From assembly GCA_965226795.1 (NCBI GenBank), contig CBDDDZ010000004.1:96001-160000 (forward strand): 64,000 nucleotides of DNA, written 5' to 3'. The stretch's first letter is position 1. Each line of letters begins with the position of its first letter. Below the pieces are notes generated by a model, which made no database searches, was not told where the DNA came from, and worked only from the letters and a program-made list of their open reading frames with translations. This document shows positions 17,319 through 27,037 of the stretch, piece after piece. The stretch is from Candidatus Latescibacterota bacterium. GTDB lineage: Bacteria; Latescibacterota; UBA2968; GCA-2709665. The translations under genes and the position numbers were made by a program.

Positions 17319-18602
17319 TCAATCGTCCCGCGGCCCCGGCGTCAGTCGCCCATAATACACCTCGTTGCTGTTCTCCAGGGACGCCCCGGTCCAATAACAG
17401 TCCACAAAGGGCAATCGGGCGCCTCCCGCGCGCGTCGTGTTCGTAAAGAAGTGCCACAGCCGAGACGGCATGTCCAGTTGCACGGGTTCACTGATCCGGT
17501 CCCAACCTCCGTCTTCGCCAACTGCGTGCCAGACACCTTCCGCGTTGCCCCGCCCCCCGCGGGTGAGGAAATAGTGAAACCGGCCGTCCGGACCCTGGTA
17601 GACCCGGCCACCGTTGAAGTTGCCCAAACAGAAGTGACTGAACGGTCCGCCGGGACCACCCACCGCGTGGTAGAGCAGGCTGTTTCCCGGCTCCTGGCCC
17701 CTCCCCGCCCATACGGTGGCGGCCGGCTGCAGGTTTTCGTAGTACGTCAGGTGAACCCGCCCCCTCATATCCATCATCAAATCCTGATGATCGGTCGTCC
17801 CCCTGGCCCGGCCGTCGAACGTATCGGACACGTCGCTGATCACCGTCATTCGCCAGTCTTCCGGGGTTCCGAACACATCCGGACAGTAGTAATAGTAAGC
17901 CTTCAGAACAGGGTAGATGCCGCGGGGGGTCTCTACGGACCTGATCTCGCCGGTCTCCTGGTCCCTCAGCTTCACCGTCTGGTTGGGAAACTGCTCGCCC
18001 TCCAGGAAATAGTCGTCGCTGGAAATCGCATGCGCCTCGGATCCGTTGAGGATCACGAAGTTGTATCCCCGGTTCCGTTCGTGTCGCACGCTCCCTGAGG
18101 CCATAGGCCGATAGCCGGTTTCCGGGTCCAGCACGTACCAGGTCATGGTTGCCAGCCCGCCGGCGACAAAGATCCGACCGGCGGCGTCGATCGACGCGCC
18201 GAAGCGGCTGTCGGCCGAGGCGTATTCCTGAATTTTGAACCTTTCAACCTGTCCGGGCGGATCGAAGATGGCGTGGTAACTCGCGTTTGGGCCCGCAATC
18301 ACGTGCAGCCGCCCGGCGCCGTCCACGAGCAGGTTGCCGTTCTGCGGCACGGGAGGCAGCGGAGGGCTGGACTCCCACCGCCCGTCGACCGCACGCCGGA
18401 ACACCACCAGCGTCATATCGTCCCGCCAGCTGAGCGCATAGACGTCCTCGCCCGCCCGGACGATGTTGGACTGATTGTACCCCCAGCAACTCGCGCCGCT
18501 GCCGCCGGTTTGGAGGTACCCCGCCGTGTCCGTAATCATCTCCACCTCGAAACACGGCGTCTCCCGCGGCCCGTAGGTCGCATGGACCCGTTCCGGTTTC
18601 AT
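17319..18602 (-). CDS. Hypothetical protein, possibly beta-propeller
   Basis: 427-aa ORF overlapping the amidohydrolase stop; repeated D..GR.H motifs (VDGAGRLH, IDAAGRIF, MDMRGRVH, PDGRFH). Confidence 0.55.
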   Translation of the reverse strand: MKPERVHATYGPRETPCFEVEMITDTAGYLQTGGSGASCWGYNQSNIVRAGEDVYALSWRDDMTLVVFRRAVDGRWESSPPLPPVPQNGNLLVDGAGRLHVIAGPNASYHAIFDPPGQVERFKIQEYASADSRFGASIDAAGRIFVAGGLATMTWYVLDPETGYRPMASGSVRHERNRGYNFVILNGSEAHAISSDDYFLEGEQFPNQTVKLRDQETGEIRSVETPRGIYPVLKAYYYYCPDVFGTPEDWRMTVISDVSDTFDGRARGTTDHQDLMMDMRGRVHLTYYENLQPAATVWAGRGQEPGNSLLYHAVGGPGGPFSHFCLGNFNGGRVYQGPDGRFHYFLTRGGRGNAEGVWHAVGEDGGWDRISEPVQLDMPSRLWHFFTNTTRAGGARLPFVDCYWTGASLENSNEVYYGRLTPGPRDD

Positions 18603-20170
18603 CCGATCCCTCCTTTCGTCGAATTCCTGGCCCTGTGGTAGATCCGCGCCGGGTTCTCCCAGAGAATCCGGCGCTTGAGTTCGTCACTGATATCCGCATA
18701 AAGCACCCGGCCGAGCTGGTACGGAAAATCCATAATGGGAAAGTCCGATCCGTACAATATCCGGTCCGGGGGCATCCGCTCAACCAGCCGCGCGAAACCG
18801 CCCCGAAGAACGGTTGAGCCGGTGGTGTCGTAGTAAAAATTGGAAAACTCCCCGGCGATTTCCAGATAGGGTTCGTGGGCTTCCGGCGGGCTCGCGGCAA
18901 AATGGGCTGCTATATAAGTCAGGTGCGGCATTTCCGCCAGCAACGCCCGGAGCAGGTCGGGGGGCAGCACGCCGTGGGTCAGGATCGGCAGGCGCCGCTC
19001 GTTTGCAACCTCGAACGCGGGGCGGTATTTCGGCGAATCGGGAGGCGTATTGTGAAGCTGGCAGTGGAACTTGATGCCCACGACGCCGGGCTCGTCGAAA
19101 AGACGTTCGAAAGATCCGATGTTGTTCGCGTATTTGCCGGGTGCGTAGCCGGCGTACGCAAAGAGACGGCCGGGGTATTCGGCGGTCGCCTCGATCGCCC
19201 GGGCATTCCCCGAGTCGGGGTCGTTTTCGATTGCACGGATATCGCTGATGACAAAGCGTTCCACGCCCACCTCATCCATACGCCGGACCGTGTCCCCCGC
19301 ATTGTAAACCGGGTAGGGAATCTTGTACCACGGTCCCAGGTGTCCGTGGATGTCCCACACCCGCATCCCGTCCGCCGCGACCGGCCATTCGCGGTCCGTC
19401 GCTTCCCGGGGGGCCTCGAGGCCCAGCAGCAGCCGCGCGTTGTTCCCGGCAATCGCCGCGCGTTGCCCGTCCGTCAGCCGGCTTCCCGCGACCGTCGCAA
19501 TCGGCCCGCCCGCGTCGTACGTCGGCATGCCGCTGCCGAATAAGATCCGCCCGCTTCCAAATCGTTCGCAGATCTCCTCGAGGCAGTTTGCGCTCTGGAT
19601 ATAGGAGGTCTCGAGGTAGAGATTCGGAAACTCATCCCAGAGATGATACATTACCCTGGGGGCGTCTCCACCCTCCCGAAGCAGGATCACGGGCAGACGC
19701 GGGTACGCCTCGCATAGATCGAATATTTCGTCCCAGGGAGACATGTCGGACCAGTGGCGCCTTTCCAGATCCAGAATCAGGGGAATCGACGCCTCCGCCA
19801 GCGCCGCCAGTAAGGGGCCCAGGATACGGCGGCTCACCGGAAAGAGATGCTGGCCTGGCAGCAGCCGGGCGGCGCGGACGCCGTGCTCCCGCATCTGGCG
19901 GACGATTTCATCAGGAGCGGGCAACTCGGGGGTACCCGGCGGCAGCAGCAGCCAGCAGGGATGCAGCCGGTCGCGGTGACCGCCGAGTTGCTCGAACAGC
20001 CGCCAGTTTCCCTCCCGTGGATGACCGTACCGCGCGTGGCTGGAGTATACGAGCGCCTCGGCGATCTGCAGCCGATCCAATTCCCGAAGCAAATCGTCGG
20101 CATTCCGGAAAGCCGGTTCGGCGGCGTCGGACGTGGGCCCGAGCATCACATTCATGTCCAGCAGGTCCAT
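18599..20170 (-). CDS. Amidohydrolase_2 family protein, two tandem domains
   Basis: Two RILFGS/RILYGSD motifs; second domain has DIHGH, GIKFH and AAHF. Confidence 0.8.
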   Translation of the reverse strand: MDLLDMNVMLGPTSDAAEPAFRNADDLLRELDRLQIAEALVYSSHARYGHPREGNWRLFEQLGGHRDRLHPCWLLLPPGTPELPAPDEIVRQMREHGVRAARLLPGQHLFPVSRRILGPLLAALAEASIPLILDLERRHWSDMSPWDEIFDLCEAYPRLPVILLREGGDAPRVMYHLWDEFPNLYLETSYIQSANCLEEICERFGSGRILFGSGMPTYDAGGPIATVAGSRLTDGQRAAIAGNNARLLLGLEAPREATDREWPVAADGMRVWDIHGHLGPWYKIPYPVYNAGDTVRRMDEVGVERFVISDIRAIENDPDSGNARAIEATAEYPGRLFAYAGYAPGKYANNIGSFERLFDEPGVVGIKFHCQLHNTPPDSPKYRPAFEVANERRLPILTHGVLPPDLLRALLAEMPHLTYIAAHFAASPPEAHEPYLEIAGEFSNFYYDTTGSTVLRGGFARLVERMPPDRILYGSDFPIMDFPYQLGRVLYADISDELKRRILWENPARIYHRARNSTKGGIG

Positions 20171-20220
20171 TCCCCCTCCGATCGGTTACTGCAATGCCTT
20201 AGGCTGGCCGCGGCAGAAGC

Positions 20221-21174
20221 CTACGCCCCCTCGGTGAGAAAACAAGCGGCTTGATGTCCCGGCTCGATCTGCTTCAGCTCCGGTGACTCCTCGCTGCACC
20301 GGGCCATCCGGTACGGGCACCGCGGGTGGAACGCGCATCCCGATGGGGGATCGATGGGACTGGGTACCTCCCCCTCGAGGATGATCCGCTGCTCCCTCGC
20401 GTCCGGGTCGAGACGCGGCGCGGAGGCGAGCAGAATCTGTGTATACGGATGGCGCGGCCGCCCGTACAGCGTTTGCGTGCGCCCGACCTCCACCAGCTTT
20501 CCCAGGTACATCACACCCACCACGTCCGACAGGTGCTCCACGACTTTCAAATCGTGCGAAATGAAGAGGTAGGCCAGGCCGAAGCGATCCTGCAGGGATT
20601 CCAGCAGATTCAGAATCTGTGCCTGGATGGACAGATCCAGCGAGGAGACGGGCTCGTCGCAGACCACGAATTGCGGTTTCAACGCCAGGGCCCGGGCGAT
20701 TGCCACGCGCTGCTGCTGCCCGCCGGAGAACTCGTGGGGAAACGCGTCCGCGAACCGTCGTCCCACGCCCACCAGGTCCAGCAGCCGACCCACCTCCTCC
20801 TCTCGCTCCCGCCTGGTCCCAACCCTGTGTATCGACAGGCCGTCCCCCACAATGGCGCCCACGCTCATCATCGGGTTCAGCGACGACAGCGGGTCCTGAA
20901 AGACAATCTGCATTTTCCGCCGGAGCGCGCGCATTTCCCGGCCGGAGAGCGCACACACATCCCTTCCTTCGAAATGCACCCGTCCGGCGGTGGGCTCGTG
21001 CAGCCGGAGGATTGCGCGGGCGAGGGTCGACTTGCCGCTGCCACTCTCTCCGACCAGGCCGAAGGTTTGGTTACGGTGGATCTGAAACGTCACTCCGTCC
21101 ACTGCCTTCACCACGTCCCGGCCCGGATAGAAATGCATTTTCAGGTCCACAACCCGCAACAACGGTTCTGACAT
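20221..21174 (-). CDS. oppF: Oligopeptide/dipeptide ABC transporter ATP-binding subunit (OppF/DppF type)
   Basis: GESGSGKS, FSGGQQQR, CDEPVSSLD, HPYT, CAFHPRCP. Confidence 0.9.
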   Translation of the reverse strand: MSEPLLRVVDLKMHFYPGRDVVKAVDGVTFQIHRNQTFGLVGESGSGKSTLARAILRLHEPTAGRVHFEGRDVCALSGREMRALRRKMQIVFQDPLSSLNPMMSVGAIVGDGLSIHRVGTRREREEEVGRLLDLVGVGRRFADAFPHEFSGGQQQRVAIARALALKPQFVVCDEPVSSLDLSIQAQILNLLESLQDRFGLAYLFISHDLKVVEHLSDVVGVMYLGKLVEVGRTQTLYGRPRHPYTQILLASAPRLDPDAREQRIILEGEVPSPIDPPSGCAFHPRCPYRMARCSEESPELKQIEPGHQAACFLTEGA

Positions 21175-21524
21175 ACCTGCACCCTTGAATGCATCTTCGT
21201 TCAACGACAACGATCCTGAAAAGGTGTTGAAACCCAAATGGGCGCAACGTATATTGGATCTGCAACGTCGCGTTTTGCAAAGCGATGTCCGGCGCGCGCA
21301 AGCGGGTACCCGCACCGCGGGAGTTGCGTGTCCTGGAGGTCTTTCCGGTTCCTGGAGGATTCCCCCCCGGCGGACTTGCCACTTGGCCGAAAAGTAGGCC
21401 CGGGCCCCCGCAAACGCAAGCGCAATCAGGACGCAGGTCCATAAAGGACGCGCGATAGGCGCCGACCCGCGGGAGAAGATTCGGGGGGACCCGCGCCATT
21501 GACTGATACCGAAAGGATGATCCC

Positions 21525-23855
21525 ATGGCCGTAGACATCACGCTTGCAAACGAAATTCGGGTACCTCGTCCGGGGGAGTGGCTATGCAGGGGAATACCGT
21601 TTCCTGAGGGGGTGCTGGCGGATACCGAAGGGCTGACCCTGAAGGAGGAAACTGGCCGCGCGCTGCCGCTGGGGTCGGAAGTACTGGCCCGCTGGGCCGA
21701 TGGGTCGGTAAAGTGGGCGCTGCTTCAGTTTCCGGCGGACTTTGACCACAACGGAAGGAAGAACTATTCGCTGAACTGGGCGGGGGACAAGCCGGAACCC
21801 GACGCCGGTCCCCGGATTACGACGTCGAAGACCGCTGCCGGATTGGAGGTGGACAACGGCGTCCTGCGCTTCCTCCTGCCCGGTTCGGGGCAGGCGTTCC
21901 TGGCCGGGTGCAACCGGAACAACACGGAGTGTATCCGGTCGGTCACCGCCGAGGTCGAGGACGAGACGGGCGTCAGCATATCGTCAAGCCGCCTCGAGGG
22001 AGAGGCCCGCATCGAGCGATTCACCGGGAAAATGCTGGTGGTGAGCCGGCGCGGCGCCCATCGGGACGAGGCCGGGCGCAAGCTGTTTTCGCTTGTCTTT
22101 CGGGTCACGGTATTCGCAGGCGCGGAGGACCTCGAGGTGGAGTACAAGTTCATCCACGACGAGCCCTACAGGGATGTCCCGGAACGGCTGAAACGCGCCC
22201 AGGGCATTGGCACGCCCAGCGTGGATCTGGATAGTCCCAGGCTGCGGTCGCTGCGTGCAGTTCGTCTGATTGTCTCACACGCCATTGACGGGGTTGAGGA
22301 GTACGCAACCTGTCCATTCGCCACCGTGGGGAACCAGGGTCTGATAACGTCGGCTCGGCCGCTCAGGGGTTTATTGACCGACGCCCCGCGGACGGCCCTG
22401 TACGACGCCCAGATCGACGCCGACGTGTACGAGGGCGAGACACCGGCTGGCCGGTCTCACGGATGGATTTCCGCGGGGGACGGCAGAGGCGGGGTCGCTG
22501 CATCGGTCCGGAAGTTCGTCCAGCAGTGGCCCAAGGGCTTTTCCGCGGACGCCAGCAGAATCGTACTGGATCTCTGGCCCGACGCGGCGGGGCCGCTGGC
22601 GATTTTCCAGGGACAGGCCAAGTCTCACCAGGTGAAACTGCGCACGTATAACGGCTGCGCGGCGGAGGCGGGGCTTCCGGACTGGCACTTTGCGTATCAA
22701 TTTCCCATTGTGTTCTCTTCTCCGGACTGGTTTATCGATTCCGGCGCAATAGGACCCGTGTTCCGCTACCAGCCCGGGAAATACAGGGGTATCGAGCAGA
22801 AGTTCCGGCTGGAGTTCGAGCAATTTCTGGGATACGACCGGCGGCTGGGGATGTTGGACTACGGCGACCACGAGCAACTGATGAGCGCATCCTGGGGACG
22901 CGTGGACTTTATGGCCAACTGCGAGCACGATTTCGGCCAGACCGTGTACCTCCAGTTCGTGCGCACCGGAAGTTACCTCTATCTCGACGCTTTCGAAGCC
23001 GCCGTCCGCCATGTGATGGACCTGGACATTATCCACTTCGACGATCACTTCGACGAACTGGGCGGATGGACCGCCCATGGCGCCTACCACGTTGGGGCGG
23101 ACGGGAAGCCCAACTGCCACCTCTCGCACATGTGGGCCGAGGGCTTTCTCTCTTACTACTACTATTCCGGATATGCGCCGGCACTGGAATCCGCTCGCGG
23201 CGTGGCGGACCTGATCTGCAGAAAGGTGGCGGCGGGGGACGGGCGGCGGGGCGCGCGGGACCGGGGATGGCCGTTGATCGCGCTTTGCAGCGTCTATCGG
23301 GCGACAGGGGAAACGCGGTACGCAGAGGCCGCGGAGAGGATTGCGGCTTCTTTTTCAGAGGGACCGGATCCGCTGGAACCCAACGGCGGCTGCAGCGGCG
23401 GATGGGGCCCGATCCCGTACCAGCAGGCGGTGATGGGCAGCATTGCCGCGACCGGGCTGGCGTACCATTTTCAGACCTTCGGGAATTCCCTCAGCAGGGA
23501 CTCGTTCCTGAAATTGTGCGACTTTCTGGCAAGCGAGGACGTTCGCACGCCGGAAGGGCTCTACCTGTCCATGCCCGGCAATGAGACGCCGATGAGTTAC
23601 ATTGGTTTCTCGGCACTCCGGGAAAGCATCGGCTACGCATGGGAACTCACCGGCGACGAGAAGTACGTTCACGCCGGCCTGCGGGACATCGAAATGAACA
23701 TGATATCCAACTTCCCGTCCGTCGGGCATTTCGACAAGACGAGATTCGGTTACGAGGTCATCCGCGCCACTGGCGATTCCATCAGCGTCATCTGGCGCGA
23801 TCTGCTTCGATTTTTCGACTACGCGGACCGGGCGGGGCTGCTGCGGGATTTCTGA
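21525..23855 (+). CDS. PcRGLX/YetA-like (exo-rhamnogalacturonan lyase-like) protein
   Basis: N-terminal GIPFPEG...LARWADGSVKWALL barrel motif; C-terminal helical region with GMLDYGD, RHVMDLD, HMWAEG, RDRGW. Confidence 0.65.
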   Translation: MAVDITLANEIRVPRPGEWLCRGIPFPEGVLADTEGLTLKEETGRALPLGSEVLARWADGSVKWALLQFPADFDHNGRKNYSLNWAGDKPEPDAGPRITTSKTAAGLEVDNGVLRFLLPGSGQAFLAGCNRNNTECIRSVTAEVEDETGVSISSSRLEGEARIERFTGKMLVVSRRGAHRDEAGRKLFSLVFRVTVFAGAEDLEVEYKFIHDEPYRDVPERLKRAQGIGTPSVDLDSPRLRSLRAVRLIVSHAIDGVEEYATCPFATVGNQGLITSARPLRGLLTDAPRTALYDAQIDADVYEGETPAGRSHGWISAGDGRGGVAASVRKFVQQWPKGFSADASRIVLDLWPDAAGPLAIFQGQAKSHQVKLRTYNGCAAEAGLPDWHFAYQFPIVFSSPDWFIDSGAIGPVFRYQPGKYRGIEQKFRLEFEQFLGYDRRLGMLDYGDHEQLMSASWGRVDFMANCEHDFGQTVYLQFVRTGSYLYLDAFEAAVRHVMDLDIIHFDDHFDELGGWTAHGAYHVGADGKPNCHLSHMWAEGFLSYYYYSGYAPALESARGVADLICRKVAAGDGRRGARDRGWPLIALCSVYRATGETRYAEAAERIAASFSEGPDPLEPNGGCSGGWGPIPYQQAVMGSIAATGLAYHFQTFGNSLSRDSFLKLCDFLASEDVRTPEGLYLSMPGNETPMSYIGFSALRESIGYAWELTGDEKYVHAGLRDIEMNMISNFPSVGHFDKTRFGYEVIRATGDSISVIWRDLLRFFDYADRAGLLRDF

Positions 23856-23872
23856 CTTCACCGGCCCCGTCC

Positions 23873-24844
23873 TCACGTTTCGAGATGCCAGCAGAAGACG
23901 GTGTGATCGTCCGACAACAGGGTCATTTCGGGGTCCTCTTCCCGGCACAGGTCCGTCGCACGGGGACAGCGCGGGTGGAATCGGCATCCCGACGGCGGAC
24001 GGGTCATGTCGGGAGGCTGCCCGGGGATGGTATCCAGCCGCCCGCGGACCATCTTCGCGTTTTCCAGTAACCCGATGGAGTACGGGTGCCGCGGGGCATT
24101 CAGGAAGACGCGCGTGGGCGCAATTTCGGCCACTCTTCCCGCGTACATCACGACGATGCGGTCGCTGAACTCAACGGCCAGACCGAAATCGTGGGTGATC
24201 AGGACGGTGGACATGCCGTACGCGGCCTTCATCCGGTTCATCAGATCCATGATCTGCGCCTGAGTCGTAACGTCCAGTGCCGTCGTGGGCTCGTCTGCGA
24301 TCATCAGCTTCGGCTCGCAGCTCAACGCCATCGCAATCATCACCCGCTGCTTCATCCCCCCCGACAGTTCGAAAGGGTAGTTCCGGTAGCGCGACGACGG
24401 TGCGGGAATACCCACCTCTTCCAGCAGCGAGACCGCGCGCTCGAAGGCCCGCTTTCGGTCGGCGCGGCCGTGCCACAGAATAGGTTCCGCAATCTGTGGG
24501 CCGCTGCGCATCGTGGGGTTGAGGGAAGTCTGGGGGTTCTGAAAAACAAACCCGATGTCGTTGCCCCGCACTTCCTGAAGCGCCTTTTCGTCCAGTTCCA
24601 GAAGGTTCCGACCCTCGAAGAACACCCTCCCGGCTTCGATCTTTCCACGCCCCCCGACGAGTTTTACAACGGACAGCATGCTCACGCTCTTGCCGCAGCC
24701 GCTTTCCCCCACAATTCCCACGCTCTCCCGCCTCCGGACCACGTACGAGATCCCGTCCACCGCTCGCACCACGCCATCCCGGCGGTAGAAATATGTCGTG
24801 AGATTCCGGATATCGAGGAGAATGGACAAGGGTGATCCTCGCAA
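23873..24844 (-). CDS. oppD: Oligopeptide/dipeptide ABC transporter ATP-binding subunit (OppD/DppD type)
   Basis: GESGCGKS, LSGGMKQR, ADEPTTALDVT, CRFHPRCP. Confidence 0.9.
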   Translation of the reverse strand: MRGSPLSILLDIRNLTTYFYRRDGVVRAVDGISYVVRRRESVGIVGESGCGKSVSMLSVVKLVGGRGKIEAGRVFFEGRNLLELDEKALQEVRGNDIGFVFQNPQTSLNPTMRSGPQIAEPILWHGRADRKRAFERAVSLLEEVGIPAPSSRYRNYPFELSGGMKQRVMIAMALSCEPKLMIADEPTTALDVTTQAQIMDLMNRMKAAYGMSTVLITHDFGLAVEFSDRIVVMYAGRVAEIAPTRVFLNAPRHPYSIGLLENAKMVRGRLDTIPGQPPDMTRPPSGCRFHPRCPRATDLCREEDPEMTLLSDDHTVFCWHLET

Positions 24845-24856
24845 AGGCAGATGGGC

Positions 24857-25777
24857 TTATTCCCTTGGATTGAACGCGTCGTTCAATCCGTCGCCCAGAT
24901 ACGTGAAGGAAAGCAGCGCAACCGCAAACGTGGCGGCCGGCCATGTCAGCTGGTAGGGAAACGCCCTGAAATTCAGGCTCCCCACCTGGATCAGGACCCC
25001 CCAGCTCGGCCTGGGGGGCATCACCCCCAGTCCGAGCAGACTCAACGCCGACTCGGTCATCATCAACCCGGGAACCATGAACGCGATGGCGACAATAAGC
25101 GGGCCGAAGGAATTCGGCAGAACGTAACGCCGGATCACGTATGGATGGGTTGCTCCGAGAGCCCGCGCCGACTCCACGTATTCAAGGTTTTTAATGGATA
25201 ACACCTGCGCGCGCATCAGCCGGGCGAACCCCACCCAGCCGGTGGCCGCGATGGCGATGAAAATCGTAAAGATGCCCCTGCCGAGGACCGACACCAGGAT
25301 GATGCTGAACAGAAACGCGGGGAACGCGTACATCACGTCCGTCAGCCGCATCAGGGCATTGTCGACGGCGCCGCCCGCGTACCCCGCGACGGCGCCGATC
25401 AGGCCTCCGATAGCCACCGAAATCACCGTAGCGCCGAATGCAACAGCCAGCGCCGTCTGAAGGCTGAAAATCAGGCGGCTGAAGATATCCCGCCCCACCT
25501 CGTCGGTCCCCGCGATGTGCCGCCAGGACGGGGGCTGGTACGTTTTGTCCAGGTCGATCTGGTTATACCCGTACGGTGCGATGTACCCGGCCAGGACCGC
25601 GACCAGAAACATCAGAATAACGAATCCCAGGCTCAGCAGGGCAAGCCGATTCGCTGCGAATCGTTGCCAGACGGCACCCCAATACGAGATGCTCGCCGGT
25701 TGGCGCGACGGCGCTTCCGCTCCGATTTGCGTAGGCCCGTCAGGATCCGGCGCAGCCACACCCTGTCTCCTTTCCAC
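24857..25777 (-). CDS. oppC: Oligopeptide ABC transporter permease (OppC); start may be GTG 25759
   Basis: GTDEVGRDIFSR, EYVESARALGA, LGDGLNDAFNPR. Confidence 0.9.
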   Translation of the reverse strand: MERRQGVAAPDPDGPTQIGAEAPSRQPASISYWGAVWQRFAANRLALLSLGFVILMFLVAVLAGYIAPYGYNQIDLDKTYQPPSWRHIAGTDEVGRDIFSRLIFSLQTALAVAFGATVISVAIGGLIGAVAGYAGGAVDNALMRLTDVMYAFPAFLFSIILVSVLGRGIFTIFIAIAATGWVGFARLMRAQVLSIKNLEYVESARALGATHPYVIRRYVLPNSFGPLIVAIAFMVPGLMMTESALSLLGLGVMPPRPSWGVLIQVGSLNFRAFPYQLTWPAATFAVALLSFTYLGDGLNDAFNPRE

Positions 25778-25781
25778 AACG

Positions 25782-26759
25782 TCATCCCCTTTTTTGACGG
25801 TAACTCGCCCGTATACGAGGATCGATCAGCGCGTACCCGATATCCACCAGCAGATTCATCAGCATAATCAGAAATCCGAAAAAGAGTGTGGATGTGATGA
25901 TCATCGGGTAGTCCCGGGTCCCCGCGGCGGCCACGAACAGCTTGCCCAGGCCTGGAATATTGAAAATCTCCTCGATAAACGCGGTGCTCACCATCAGGTT
26001 GGCGAACTGCGGACCGGTAATGGTCAGCAGGGGGATGAGTGAGTTCCGCAATGCATGGAGAAAGACCGCCTTGTTCCGGTCGCCCCCTTTGGAGAAGACA
26101 GTGCGGACGTAGTCTTCGCCCATTTCCTTGATCAGACTTACCCTGACGTACCGGGCGATGCCCGCAACGGGCTGAAAAACCATCGCCAACACAGGAAGCA
26201 CCGCGTACTCCCATGTCCCCCATCCCGACGTTGGAAACAACTGAAGCGTCACGGCGAAGAAGACGATCACCAGCAGGGCGATGACGTAGGACGGGATGCA
26301 GATGCCCAGCATGGAAACGAACATGGTGGCGCGGTCTATCCACGTATTTCGGTACAGCGCCGCCCCGATGCCCATGGGAATGCCGATCAGGAGGGCCAAT
26401 AGCATCGGAGAGAAGGCCAGGACGAACGTCCGCGGGAAGGCCCGTGTCATCATCTCCTCGATGGTGGTATCCGGGTAGCGGAACGACGGTCCGAAGTCCA
26501 GCGCGACCGCGTGTCGCAGATAGATGAGAATTTGCTTCCACACGGGCGTATTCTCCCCGTAGCGCTCCTCCCACAACATGAGCGTCTGGCTTTTCTCCTC
26601 GAACTGACTCAGCCGGCTGCCCGTTACCTGCTGGTTCATCAGCCGTTCGATATTGAAAAAATCGCCTGGCGCGGCGTGCATCAGATAGAACGTGATGACG
26701 AGAATCGCAATCAGACTCGCGACGATTTGACCGATGCGGCGAAAAACGAACATCACCAT
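25782..26759 (-). CDS. oppB: Oligopeptide ABC transporter permease (OppB)
   Basis: LDFGPSF, EDYVRT, HALRNSLIP, IEEIFNIPGLG, DPRIR. Confidence 0.9.
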   Translation of the reverse strand: MVMFVFRRIGQIVASLIAILVITFYLMHAAPGDFFNIERLMNQQVTGSRLSQFEEKSQTLMLWEERYGENTPVWKQILIYLRHAVALDFGPSFRYPDTTIEEMMTRAFPRTFVLAFSPMLLALLIGIPMGIGAALYRNTWIDRATMFVSMLGICIPSYVIALLVIVFFAVTLQLFPTSGWGTWEYAVLPVLAMVFQPVAGIARYVRVSLIKEMGEDYVRTVFSKGGDRNKAVFLHALRNSLIPLLTITGPQFANLMVSTAFIEEIFNIPGLGKLFVAAAGTRDYPMIITSTLFFGFLIMLMNLLVDIGYALIDPRIRASYRQKRG

Positions 26760-27037
26760 AACGACTCTCCGACCCGGGACTGCGTCCGATTACGACTGTA
26801 CCGTCAGATGCCGATCGAACCACGCGAGGGCATCCCGCTGAATGTCCGCGTCGTATCAGTGAGGCTTTCGGGGATTTTTGCGAGAGAACCTGCGGGGACA
26901 ACCGGCCCATTGGTATCCCGGCCGGATCTGCCGCGCCGCCTCATGCCTTTCCCTCCGGAGGAAACCGTTCATCCTCGCTGGTACTGACAACCATACTTAC
27001 ATTCGGGGCAGCCATAATGGTCTGGCCCGAAGCGCAC

